Origin: Wolbachia endosymbiont of Litomosoides sigmodontis
Lineage (GTDB): Bacteria > Pseudomonadota > Alphaproteobacteria > Rickettsiales > Anaplasmataceae
DNA: 32,000 bases
Assembly (NCBI RefSeq): GCF_013365435.1
Contig: NZ_CP046577.1
Span: forward strand, 330,001-362,000
Direction of reading: 5' to 3'
Under the pieces are notes generated by a model. That model was not told the origin of the DNA. It was given only the letters and a program-made list of their open reading frames with translations, and made no database searches. The position numbers and the translations under genes are program-made. Within the stretch, counting starts at the first letter, position 1. Each line of letters starts with the position of its first letter. Positions 12,197 to 21,322 of the stretch are shown here, piece after piece.

Positions 12197-12827
12197 TTGT
12201 GCCTTACCTGAACGAATAACGCTACAAGAACTTAATTAAAATCAACCCAGTTATTTTTTGATAAGTATTAATAAGATCCCCTTGGTTTGTGTGGGTTTTA
12301 TCATGCAGCTATCAATAGAAGACTTAATTGTAGTATTTTCTAAATCTAATTTAGGCCTTTTTAGGTCAGCTTTTGCACTTGCAGCACAATAAAATATGCA
12401 GCTTTTGCTTATATTTGTGTTCTATAGCCTTTTTTGCTAAGCTTGGCCGAAGAATCATATTCAACTTTGTGCTGCTTTAATAAAACTTCCTGGCCTTTTT
12501 AACTTGTTGAGTTTTGCTAAGATCCACCCACCCTATCTTTAACACTACTTCGCCCTTTTTTTGCTGTCTCACCATCAGCTAAATAAATAGCAGTAACTTT
12601 ATCACTTACTTTTTGAGGTAAGGGGGCTTCCTTTATGTAAGGAACTTTCTGTATTGGAAAAATTTAAATATACAGTGCGATTTTATGATTCACATTCTTG
12701 AATTTTTGCTGAAAAGCCATTAATTGTACTATCACTATAAACTGCTTGATTTTCTCTAAAAACGCATTGTTAATAAAAACAGTGAAATAAGAATAATGCC
12801 AGAAATAATGATTACTTTACTTCTCAT
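12197..12827 (-). pseudogene. Relic of an HlyD/AcrA-type membrane-fusion (periplasmic adaptor) protein
   Basis: ATG 12827 opens MRSKVIIISGIILISLFLLT (TM anchor) followed by a stop. Other frames give ..VSDKVTAIYLADGETAKKGEVVLKI.. (lipoyl-like hairpin) and ..AKADLKRPKLDLENTTIKSSIDSCMIKP.. (compare A.L..A.L.L..T.I.AP.dG.v). Several stops and frameshifts. The C-terminal part is replaced by copy A3. Confidence 0.6.
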
Positions 12828-12959
12828 CTTTAAGTAATAAAATTTATTAGCCAATTTTATCAGGTGCGACCATATAAATTAAATTTTCGAATTAGGAATG
12901 TAAGTGAGTGTATTGTTTTCATTGCCACTTTACAAATAGTTTTATAAATAAGCCTATGA

Positions 12960-13033
12960 TGGGACTAGTGCGGCTTGAACGCACGACCTTCGGATTAGGA
13001 ATCCAACGCTCTATCCTACTGAGCTATAGTCCC
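12960..13033 (-). tRNA. tRNA-Arg (anticodon CCU)
   Basis: Hand-folded cloverleaf: acceptor GGGACTA/TAGTCCC, D stem GCTC/GAGC, anticodon stem TTGGA/TCCGA with loop TTCCTAA, T arm GTGCG-TTCAAGC-CGCAC, discriminator A. CCA is not encoded. Confidence 0.9.
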
Positions 13034-13185
13034 ATGTTTTCTATTATTTATGAAGGTTATAGCAAAAAATCTTGCATTTTTCTAGATCTCTTGTGTAACC
13101 AATTTACAACATCACAAAACATTTTTGTATACTTTTTGAGTACAATGCTATTATATTTAATAACGCAGTTTAAGTTGAAAGGTTC

Positions 13186-13933
13186 ATGTTAGTTAACGAC
13201 ATCAGTTATTTTTATAATAATTAAGACGGCTTTACTTTAAGTAACATAAATATTAAAGTAAAAAGAGGAAGAGTTGCTTGTCTATTAAGGTATTCAGATT
13301 TCGCTAAATCAATAATTCCAAAATTAATTTCTAGAATAGAAACCCAAAATCTGGGACCATAGTACATCAATTGCTATATAGCATAGAAATATCTGATTTT
13401 ATCTTCCAGAATTCTGCATTATTTCTTCATAAAACAGTAATAGAGAGTGTAACTTTTACTATTCGCAATTCTTCCAAAAAAGAAAAGCACCTCGTTATAT
13501 TGGAGATTTTGAAACTATTGAATATCGCAAAATATGAAAATATGTATCCTAATGTTTTATCTGGAGGACAACAACAATTAATTGCAATGGCAAGAATAAT
13601 GGCACAAAATCTTGGTGTTGTTTTGCTCGATGAGCCATTTTCTAACTTAGATGTACTGTTAAAGTGTCAAATAAGACAATGTATATTATCTCTTTTTAGA
13701 AATAAAAACATTCCTGTGCTTGGCGGTAATTTTCATGACTCGCAAGAAGCATTGAAAGTTACAGATTTTATTTATGTAATGAAAAATGGTAGAATTATTC
13801 AGTCAGGAGTTTCTAGTGATATATATCACAGCCTAAAGGTGATACATTAGCAAAATTCTTTAGTGAACTACCTTTTACCCTACAGTTAAGTGAGAAGTTT
13901 TTACTTAATGATACATTTTTTGCTAAAAAATAA
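13186..13933 (+). pseudogene. Decayed ABC-transporter ATPase (FbpC/PotA-like importer type)
   Basis: ATG 13186 gives MLVNDISYFYNN then a stop. The Walker A region is unrecognisable (..ACLLRYSDFAKSIIPKLISRIE..). ORF 13371-13850 keeps the signature LSGGQQQ and Walker B VVLLDEPFSNLD, but the H-loop region reads GGNFHDSQ. After TAG 13848-13850 the sequence continues out of frame as AKFFSELPF... Confidence 0.75.
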
Positions 13934-14001
13934 TCTAGTCTAAAATTGTTATAAAATAGAACTAAACATTAAAAAATTTTGATCTATAATTAAATAAGGG
14001 G

Positions 14002-14010
14002 TGATATAAT
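14002..14010 (+). promoter_or_regulatory. Candidate extended -10 promoter element for tatA
   Basis: TGaTATAAT at 14002-14010, 57 nt upstream of ATG 14067. No good -35 at 17 nt. Confidence 0.3.
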
Positions 14011-14066
14011 TACTTGACTTCAGTCAGGTTTTAATATCTAAATAACATTTTTAATGGTAGTACACA

Positions 14067-14234
14067 ATGAGTTTAGGTCCATGGCAATTATTTCTAGTCT
14101 TAATAATAATATTAGTTCTGTTTGGTGCAGGTAGGTTACCGCAAGTTATGGGTGATTTAGGGAAAGGCATTAAAAATCTCAAACAAGAACTTAAGGACTC
14201 AGAGAAACTATCGTCTAACGAGCCAGATCGTTAG
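14067..14234 (+). CDS. tatA: Twin-arginine translocase subunit TatA/E
   Basis: 55-aa ORF, below the ORF-track cutoff: MSLGPWQLFLVLIIILVLFGAGRLPQVMGDLGKGIKNLKQELKDSEKLSSNEPDR. It has the canonical TM helix, FG hinge and amphipathic helix, and a strong terminator follows. Confidence 0.85.
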   Translation: MSLGPWQLFLVLIIILVLFGAGRLPQVMGDLGKGIKNLKQELKDSEKLSSNEPDR

Positions 14235-14248
14235 CGTTTTCGTACTTC

Positions 14249-14280
14249 ATGATACGCACTGGAAGTGCGTATCATTTGTT
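14249..14280 (+). terminator. Rho-independent terminator after tatA
   Basis: ATGATACGCACT-GGA-AGTGCGTATCAT is a 12-bp perfect stem (14249-14275) followed by TTGTT. Confidence 0.8.
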
Positions 14281-14384
14281 TAAAAACTTAGTTAAGCTAA
14301 AGAATTAAGGAGAGGTAAAATATCAGGTTGAAATGTGACGATAATTGTGTTAATTAGAAAGAATAGTTCTGTTGAAGGGTAGCT

Positions 14385-15041
14385 GTGCAAAAAAGTGAGA
14401 AACTAGCCACAAATAAAAAATTAGCGTCTGATCTTCTGAAAGAAGTTGTAGGCACCAATAACGCTGATAGCGATAAGGTGACATTGTTTGATATTAAAGT
14501 GGCTTTGCAAGAGCGTGGTTTTGGTATTTTAATAATTATTTTTTCCTTACCACTATCTGTACCTATACCAGTTCCACCTGGGTATACAACTATATTCTCT
14601 ATACCTCTAATCCTATTTGCACTGCAGCTTTTGTTTGGTTTTCACTCTCCTTGGATGCCTCACTGGTTGGAAGGGAAGTCCTTCCAACGTTCAACGCTAG
14701 CTCTTGTAGTAAAAAAAACTTCTCCTGCATTAAGAAAAGTAGAAAAATTCATGAGGCCAAGGATGTCTTTTATTTTCTATGGGCCAGGTGAAAAGATTTT
14801 AGCATTTATAATGCTGTTCTGTGCATTATCTATAGCCATTCCACTGCCTTTAACTAACTTTATTCCTGCAATTGGCACAACTCTCATTTCACTTGGTATT
14901 GTAAGTAAAGATGGACTTTTCTCTATCTTGGGAGTCTTGGTATCACTGTGTGGGTTGTTACTTACTTTTGTTGTACTAGTTAAAGGACCACAGCTCATGC
15001 TTGGAGCATTTTCGTTTTTAAAGAGTTTTGTATATGGTTAG
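14385..15041 (+). CDS. ExoD-family membrane protein
   Basis: 218 aa with a GTG start and multiple TM helices. The core ERGFGILIIIFSLPLSVPIPVPPGYTTIFSIPLILFALQLLFG matches the ExoD family as I recall it. Confidence 0.7.
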   Translation: MQKSEKLATNKKLASDLLKEVVGTNNADSDKVTLFDIKVALQERGFGILIIIFSLPLSVPIPVPPGYTTIFSIPLILFALQLLFGFHSPWMPHWLEGKSFQRSTLALVVKKTSPALRKVEKFMRPRMSFIFYGPGEKILAFIMLFCALSIAIPLPLTNFIPAIGTTLISLGIVSKDGLFSILGVLVSLCGLLLTFVVLVKGPQLMLGAFSFLKSFVYG

Positions 15042-16403
15042 ACTTTATAATACTTTAACAAAAAAAAAGAGCTTTTTATACCGATCGATAAAGATCATGT
15101 AAAGATGTATGTTTGCGGACCAACGGTATACGATACAGCCCATATAGGTAATGCGCGTTCTATTGTTGTTTACGATGTATTATTTCAATTGCTTAAGTTT
15201 TGTTATGGCAAAGTCACTTACGTGCGTAATATAACTGACATTGATGATAAGATAATAAATGCGGCAAGTGAAAAAAATAGCAGTGTAGAAAGTATCAGCA
15301 CATATTACGCTAGGGTTTTTCATAAGGATATGAGAAGTATAAATTGTGCAGACCCAACACATGAGCCAAGAGTATCGGGAAATATAAATTATGTTATTGA
15401 ATTGGTCAAATATTTATTGCAATCTGGTCATGCTTATGAATCCAATAAACATGTATACTTCAGCATAGAGTCTTACCCTGAGTATGGTGCTCTATCGGGG
15501 AAAAGAATTGATGAATTGGAATATGGAAGTAGGATTGAAATTGGTGAAAATAAAAAGCATCCAGGAGATTTTGTATTGTGGAAACCTGCGAACGACATTG
15601 ATTACAAGCTTTCAAGTTATTGGAATAGCCCATGGGGAAAAGGAAGACCAGGGTGGCACATAGAGTGTTCAGCAATATCATATGCTTACCTCGGTAAAAA
15701 TTTTGACATTCATGGTGGTGGTATGGATTTACAATTTCCTCATCACGAAAATGAAATTGCGCAAAATAGGTCTGCATTTGCTGGATCAATATTTGCAAAA
15801 TACTGGGTGCATAACGGGTTTCTTACGGTAAACGAAGAGAAAATGAGTAAATCTTTATTTAATATAGTTAAGGTAAGAGATTTATTGGAGAGAGGAATAA
15901 AAGGTGAAGTAATACGTTGTGCACTGCTTAAAACTCACTACAGAAAACCACTAGATTGGACAGAAAATATTATTTATGAATCGCAAGAAACTTTAAACCG
16001 ATTTTATCGGTTATTACGTAACATAGATGTAGCAAGCATCATGAATGGTACAGAGATCTCTAGAGACTTTATAAAAGCTTTAAAAAATGACCTAAATATT
16101 CCTGAAGCTTTAGCTATATTGCATGAAATGGCTACAAAAATTAATAAAACAAATAATAAGAATGAGAAGCTTAAGTTAACTGGAAGTTTTATTAAGAGTG
16201 CAAGATTCATTGGTCTTCTTGAGTCAAGCTATCAAGAGTGGTTTGCTGCTAGTGTGAGTTATAAAAAGATAAAAAAATTGATAGATTTAAGAAAAATAGC
16301 AAAACAAAATAAAGATTACGATGCTGCAGATAAAATAAGAGATCAATTAAAACAAATGGGAGTTACAGTTTCTGACAGCAAAGATGGTACAACAGTCTGG
16401 TAA
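15034..16403 (+). CDS. cysS: Cysteine--tRNA ligase, interrupted by a 1-nt frameshift in an A9 tract (15060-15068)
   Basis: ATG 15034 gives MVRLYNTLTKKK.., and that frame stops at 15100-15102. The other frame, open from 15051, reads ..KKKELFIPIDKDHVKMYVCGPTVYDTAHIGNARS.. and carries the HIGN and KMSKS motifs through to 16403. The ORF track shows only 15105-16403. Confidence 0.85.
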
Positions 16404-16409
16404 ATTTAT

Positions 16410-16826
16410 ATGGAAAATTATCTCCTATTGTTCACAGATAACCTAGTATCATCTCTGATTTTACCTATACACCGTGGTTTTGTATTTTATACTATGTTGT
16501 ATTTTAGGTCATATTATAATCCACTACTTACGTTACTTTTTGGAGTACTGGGATCAAGCTTTGGTGGAGTGGTCAATTGGTATTTAGGTAGAATAACAAT
16601 TTCTATCAGGAAATCGTACCATAAATTAGAGAATGAGCATAAAACGCCAAAAATCATAAAAAATTCACTGGTCTATGCAGTTACATTGCTTTCTTGGGCA
16701 CCAGCATTTGGAAGCGTGATACAAATTTTGTCAGGCTATTTTAAGTTAAACCTTAGTGCCTTTACTTTGTTAACTATTTTATCCAACCTTCTTTATTTGT
16801 TATACCTCACTATTACTGTTCAATAA
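16410..16826 (+). CDS. Small integral membrane protein, YqaA/DedA-like
   Basis: 138 aa and 3-4 hydrophobic helices, starting 6 nt after the cysS stop. Family assignment is by general resemblance only. Confidence 0.5.
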   Translation: MENYLLLFTDNLVSSLILPIHRGFVFYTMLYFRSYYNPLLTLLFGVLGSSFGGVVNWYLGRITISIRKSYHKLENEHKTPKIIKNSLVYAVTLLSWAPAFGSVIQILSGYFKLNLSAFTLLTILSNLLYLLYLTITVQ

Positions 16827-16845
16827 GTTGTTGTCAAGTAGCTGG

Positions 16846-18383
16846 TACCAATATTTCCACTGTACAAGAAACTGATAGACAATAATGGAAAAGAAATATA
16901 CTGAAATATGTAGAATGGCAAAATTTTCAAATGACATGAAATCAAAATTATTGGATGAAAAAGTTGTGAAATCAGCAAAAGAAATGCTGAAACACATATG
17001 TTGTAAGAAAACTAAATGCTGTAATTGCAGCAAAGAAAGCACAGTATAACAGACTCTAGCAAAATATGTGCATTTTATAAAAACAGCACTAACTGCATGG
17101 ATAAATTACTAAAATTTGGAAGAGAAGAAAAATTGTTGCTTACTCTCAATGTTGTAGAAAAACTAGATTGAATTATGGTAAATTTGAATAAGTTAAAGTA
17201 TGGATATAAGAAAACCATAATATTGCCATTAAAGAAAATGAGAATAAGAATCTAGGAAAATTTAGCTTGAATGTCATACCAATTCTTATTGTTAATGGAT
17301 TAAATAAGTAGTAACATTACAGAGTTGTTTGTTGCGAGTGAAAAAGAGAGGTGATAAATTTGCATAAAGCACTCTCAAGCAAAGCAATATATCATAAACT
17401 TTGTTACGCAAAATGTTCTGTTTTATATACAATCAAAATCTCTTAATATTTTTAGGTACCTTAAACTCTTGACTTATGCTAGCTAGCATAATTCATAACA
17501 AGAAAGGCCTCTTGTGTTCTTAAATGTTGTGATATTTGTTTAAGAGATATATTTATACAATCAGTGTTAGAACATTCAGCATAAATAAGCTGTGACTTTC
17601 TCTATTCCTAAGATTTAACTGTACTGTAGAGATAAAAATTTTGTTAACTTGTGTTTTATAACGCGTTTTTTAAACCATCTGTCTCCCTTTATCTTGTTCA
17701 TTGCGAATTAGTTTTACCGTAATATATGAAAACTTCATTTTTTGTACATTCAAGGTGTATATAGACTTGCTGATATTTAAGCTAAATTTTTTCTTAATTA
17801 TTATTCTCATTTTTTTAATGGTGGTATTAGGGTTTCTTGTATCCATGCTTCAACTTGTTCAAATTGACTCTGATTCAATCTAGTTTTTCTACAACATTGA
17901 GGAATATAAACAATTTTTCTTCTCTTTTAAGTTTTAGTGCTTTATCCATACTTTCTCAGCATTTATTTTACTGATTCCATAACTTTTAACCTTGCTATTT
18001 TGCTTGCTTCAGTATAACTTCTTTTTCATTATTGTCTATCTCCGTTTCTTGTGCAGTGGAAATTGGTATTAGAATAAGGTTAAAGTAAAATTAGATAGAT
18101 AAAATTTTTATTTCTACAGTGTAATTAATTCTAGAAATGAAAGGAGTTATAGCTTATCATAAATTGTACTAGATGGCATAAGTCAAAAAATTTGAAAGTA
18201 CATAAGAATGTTGAGATTATGTACTTATCACTGTGCTTGCCTGAGATTAATCCTGTTAAGAGACTTTGATTATATATAAAACAGAAACATTTTACGTAAT
18301 AAAGTTTGTGATGTAATTGCTTTACTTGAGAGCACTTTGTACAAATTTATTACTTCTCTTTTTCACTCCACGATTAAACAACG
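16846..18383 (+). mobile_element. IS630-like element, copy A4, split into two parts (16846-17272 and 18073-18383) by copy A5; 3' end truncated
   Basis: Starts TACCAATATTTCCACTGTACAAGAAACTGATAGACAATAATGG, 20 nt after the yqaA stop. The two parts are collinear with A7a, but about 170 bp is missing at the junction. Confidence 0.75.
17273..18072 (-). mobile_element. IS630-like element, copy A5: complete ends, about 0.8 kb, opposite orientation, lying inside A4
   Basis: Bounded by GTCATACCAATT... and ...AATTGGTATTAG. The 9-bp core ATACCAATT/AATTGGTAT is an exact inverted repeat. The interior is the reverse complement of the family sequence. Confidence 0.8.
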
Positions 18384-18640
18384 TGTATTCCTCTAATGCA
18401 TTCTTTTATATTGAAAATTCCTGATCTTATCAATTTATTTTTGCTACTTAGTAATATTTTTATATGTATTTTTCTCTTTTCTACTACAATAGGAAATTTT
18501 TAAGTTAATATTAGCATTTCTTTGAGAATCAAAATCTACCAATAAAGTAATTTTTCCTACAGCAGCAAAAGTTGTCGATAAATCTATACTAATAGTGATT
18601 TTATAACTCTGCCCTTTTGATTTACTTTGTAATAACCTTG
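18384..18640 (-). pseudogene. parA: Truncated, frameshifted parA/soj (chromosome-partitioning ATPase) relic
   Basis: The minus strand reads ..VNQKGRVIKS.. (compare the deviant Walker A NQKGGVGKT). After a frameshift it reads ISIDLSTTFAAVGKITLLVDFDSQRNANINLKI (compare ..NL..ala..Gk.vLlvDlDpQgNa..lgi), then stops. Similarity ends where copy A4 begins. Confidence 0.6.
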
Positions 18641-18719
18641 TTTATATTCTTTATATTTTATATTAAATAACCCATATCTTAAAAGCTTTTGCGTTAGAAT
18701 TTTTTTTTATTTCCTAAAA

Positions 18720-21209
18720 TTAAACCTCTTTTTTTACTTTATGTAATACACTTTGAACTTTGTTTTCTAATTCACTTAGAGTAAATGGCTTTGGTAAAAA
18801 GTGAAAATCTTCTATATTAATGTTGTCGTTCTTCAAAAAAGCATCCTCTGCGTATCCAGAAATAAAAATAACATTGATATCAGGCCTGTGAATTAGGGCT
18901 TCTTTTACTATCTCTGGACCGCTGACTTCTGGCATTATTACATCAGTGATTATTAGATCTATATGTTGATTTTTTTTACTTATTATTTCTAATGCTTTGC
19001 TACCCATACTAGCTTCTATTACATCGAATCCTTTTCTTTTTAATGCCTTGGTGGTGAATTCCCTTACTGAATCTTCATCTTCAATTAATAAAATTATACC
19101 ATTTATACTATTATCTTTCACTTCATTTGCTACAGGTTTCTCTATTTCTTCACTACCTTTCTCTCTATGATTATCATCTAATATGTAAACCATAGGCAAA
19201 AATATGCTAAATTTAGTTCCACGATTTACTTCACTAGCAACATAGATGTACCCCTCAGTTTGTTTAATAATACCATATACAGTAGAGAGACCAAGGCCTG
19301 TACCAGAGGTAATATCTTTGGTGGAAAAAAATGGATCAAATACCTTTTCAACGGTATCACTTGCCATACCACATCCAGTATCAATTACTTCAATCATAAC
19401 ATAATTCCCGTGTTCAATTGCTTCCTTATCTGGAGAAAACATACCTTGAGGTGTAGAATTTAATGAATCAATCTTTTTATTAAAAGTTTGTATAGTTAAC
19501 TCTCCTCCTTTTTCCATAGCAGCACTAGCATTAACTGCTAAGTTAAGTATAACTTGCTCTAATTGTCCTTGATCAGCTCTAACCATACCTAAATCTCTAC
19601 CATAATAAGTAGTAAATTTTATATTTTCACCTATTAATCTTTTTATCATTTCATAAAGATTAGCTATCGTACTATTTACATCAATAATCTTTGGTTGCAT
19701 AGTTTGCCTTCTTGAAAAAGCGAGCAATTGCTTAACTAAATTTGATCCACGTTTTGCATTTTGCTGTATTTGTATTATATCTCCGAAAGATGGGTCACCA
19801 GCTGAATGCTGTAGTAAAAGTAAGTCACAAAATCCTATTATTCCAGTGAGTATATTGTTGAAGTCATGTGCAATACCACCTGCCAGTTGACCTATGGCTT
19901 GCATTTTTTGATAATGCTCAAGCTTTATCTCCAAGTTTTTGTGCTCAGTGTTGTCAACAAAATAACAAAGTATAAACATCATTCTATTATGAAGAAACTT
20001 ATTGAAATATATTTTCATGTTATCATTGTTATTGAGTTGCACATCAAAAGACGCATTATTTATCCTGTTGCTCGAGAAGTATTCACGTATTTTCATATGA
20101 TAATTATCAGATATCAATGTAAATATTGAAGTATTGTCTGGTCCTGCAAGTTTTATCAGTGCTGTATTTTTCTTTATAAAACTGCCGTTTATATCACATT
20201 GTGCAATAGCGATTGATGAATTTGCAAAACAAGGGTGTAATTGATAATCAATAACGTTTGACTCAACTGGTGTAATAAGGCCATATGTATAGCTATGGTG
20301 ATGTTTATCACAAAACATAGCAGTGCTCATATAAGCCTTAAATGGGATGCCACTTACAGTAAAAAATAAAATGTTATTATCAGCTGCTGTATTGTTATAC
20401 TTAGATTGAAATATAAAATCATTAATTGAACTGCCTTTTTCTAATTTTTTCAGTTCAAATATGTCCAAAAACCTTTTATTTACAGATAAAATTACTCCCT
20501 TAGTATTTGCAATATAAGTTCCTATATTGTGCTTTTCTATTAATTCCTCGTATACCTGTTCTTTGTTCATTTGTGTTGCTTTCAACACGAAATACCCATG
20601 TGGTCTTGCTATTGGTGCTAGTGATAAATTTAAGATCTTATTACTACTTATAGCAATTTGTGGATTATCTGGTATTGGTTCACAAAGCAGAAGAAAGCTA
20701 GATATTCTATTTTTCTTATTTATGGCAATGCGTACCTGTACAGAAGAGTTATTCTTTAGTGCATGATATAATGCTTTTTTATCTTTTTCTAAGATATCCC
20801 CTACTTCAAGAATTTTGCCTAGTGTAACATCATTATCTATGTGATCTTTAAATCTTTCATAGAACCTTGCATCGGCATAAACAACATCTTCATTTTTGTG
20901 TAGAATAAGGCAAAATTCTGTATTGTGGTTTAGTGCATTTGCAAATATTGCATTTTGAAATTCAATAATATTAAGTAAGTATCTATAATGTTTTATATTA
21001 TATACTATAAAGAGAGTCATTAAAGTACTAACTAATAGATTAATCTCTATGTTAGTGTGATGATCATATATATCAAGAAAGTAGAGTACTGATATTGCTA
21101 CTGTAGGTAAGAACATAATAACTGCCATAATGACAACTGACATTCCGTGATTCCTCAATATGAAGTCAACCCTGTTCTCTTTTTTGCTATCTATGTATCT
21201 TTTACTCAT
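18720..21209 (-). CDS. cckA: Hybrid sensor histidine kinase with C-terminal receiver domain, CckA-like
   Basis: 829 aa with two N-terminal TM helices and PAS-like middle regions. H-box GGIAHDFNNILTGIIGF, an ATPase N/G boxes region (..DTGCGM.., GTGLGLS) and a receiver (LLIEDEDSVR...DLIITDVIMPEVSG...KPF). Confidence 0.8.
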   Translation of the reverse strand: MSKRYIDSKKENRVDFILRNHGMSVVIMAVIMFLPTVAISVLYFLDIYDHHTNIEINLLVSTLMTLFIVYNIKHYRYLLNIIEFQNAIFANALNHNTEFCLILHKNEDVVYADARFYERFKDHIDNDVTLGKILEVGDILEKDKKALYHALKNNSSVQVRIAINKKNRISSFLLLCEPIPDNPQIAISSNKILNLSLAPIARPHGYFVLKATQMNKEQVYEELIEKHNIGTYIANTKGVILSVNKRFLDIFELKKLEKGSSINDFIFQSKYNNTAADNNILFFTVSGIPFKAYMSTAMFCDKHHHSYTYGLITPVESNVIDYQLHPCFANSSIAIAQCDINGSFIKKNTALIKLAGPDNTSIFTLISDNYHMKIREYFSSNRINNASFDVQLNNNDNMKIYFNKFLHNRMMFILCYFVDNTEHKNLEIKLEHYQKMQAIGQLAGGIAHDFNNILTGIIGFCDLLLLQHSAGDPSFGDIIQIQQNAKRGSNLVKQLLAFSRRQTMQPKIIDVNSTIANLYEMIKRLIGENIKFTTYYGRDLGMVRADQGQLEQVILNLAVNASAAMEKGGELTIQTFNKKIDSLNSTPQGMFSPDKEAIEHGNYVMIEVIDTGCGMASDTVEKVFDPFFSTKDITSGTGLGLSTVYGIIKQTEGYIYVASEVNRGTKFSIFLPMVYILDDNHREKGSEEIEKPVANEVKDNSINGIILLIEDEDSVREFTTKALKRKGFDVIEASMGSKALEIISKKNQHIDLIITDVIMPEVSGPEIVKEALIHRPDINVIFISGYAEDAFLKNDNINIEDFHFLPKPFTLSELENKVQSVLHKVKKEV

Positions 21210-21322
21210 TGTGTATATAAAAATATTTCATTATATTTGTTTAATTATTATAGGTTTATTAACATCTTTGATAGATAATTACCATTTAAATCTCTTTAAG
21301 TTAGTATTAGTGGCAAAATATT

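Noticed and set aside
12908-13192. 94-aa ORF on the + strand
   Set aside because: It runs straight through tRNA-Arg(CCU) on the opposite strand. The tRNA fold is far better supported.
14777-16210. Minus-strand ORFs inside exoD and cysS (14777-14998, 15180-15362, 15460-15798, 16004-16210)
   Set aside because: Antisense shadows of supported genes.
19260-20766. Three + strand ORFs (67-87 aa) inside cckA, and 21160-21375(+) across its start
   Set aside because: Antisense or overlapping shadows with no motifs and no ribosome-binding context.
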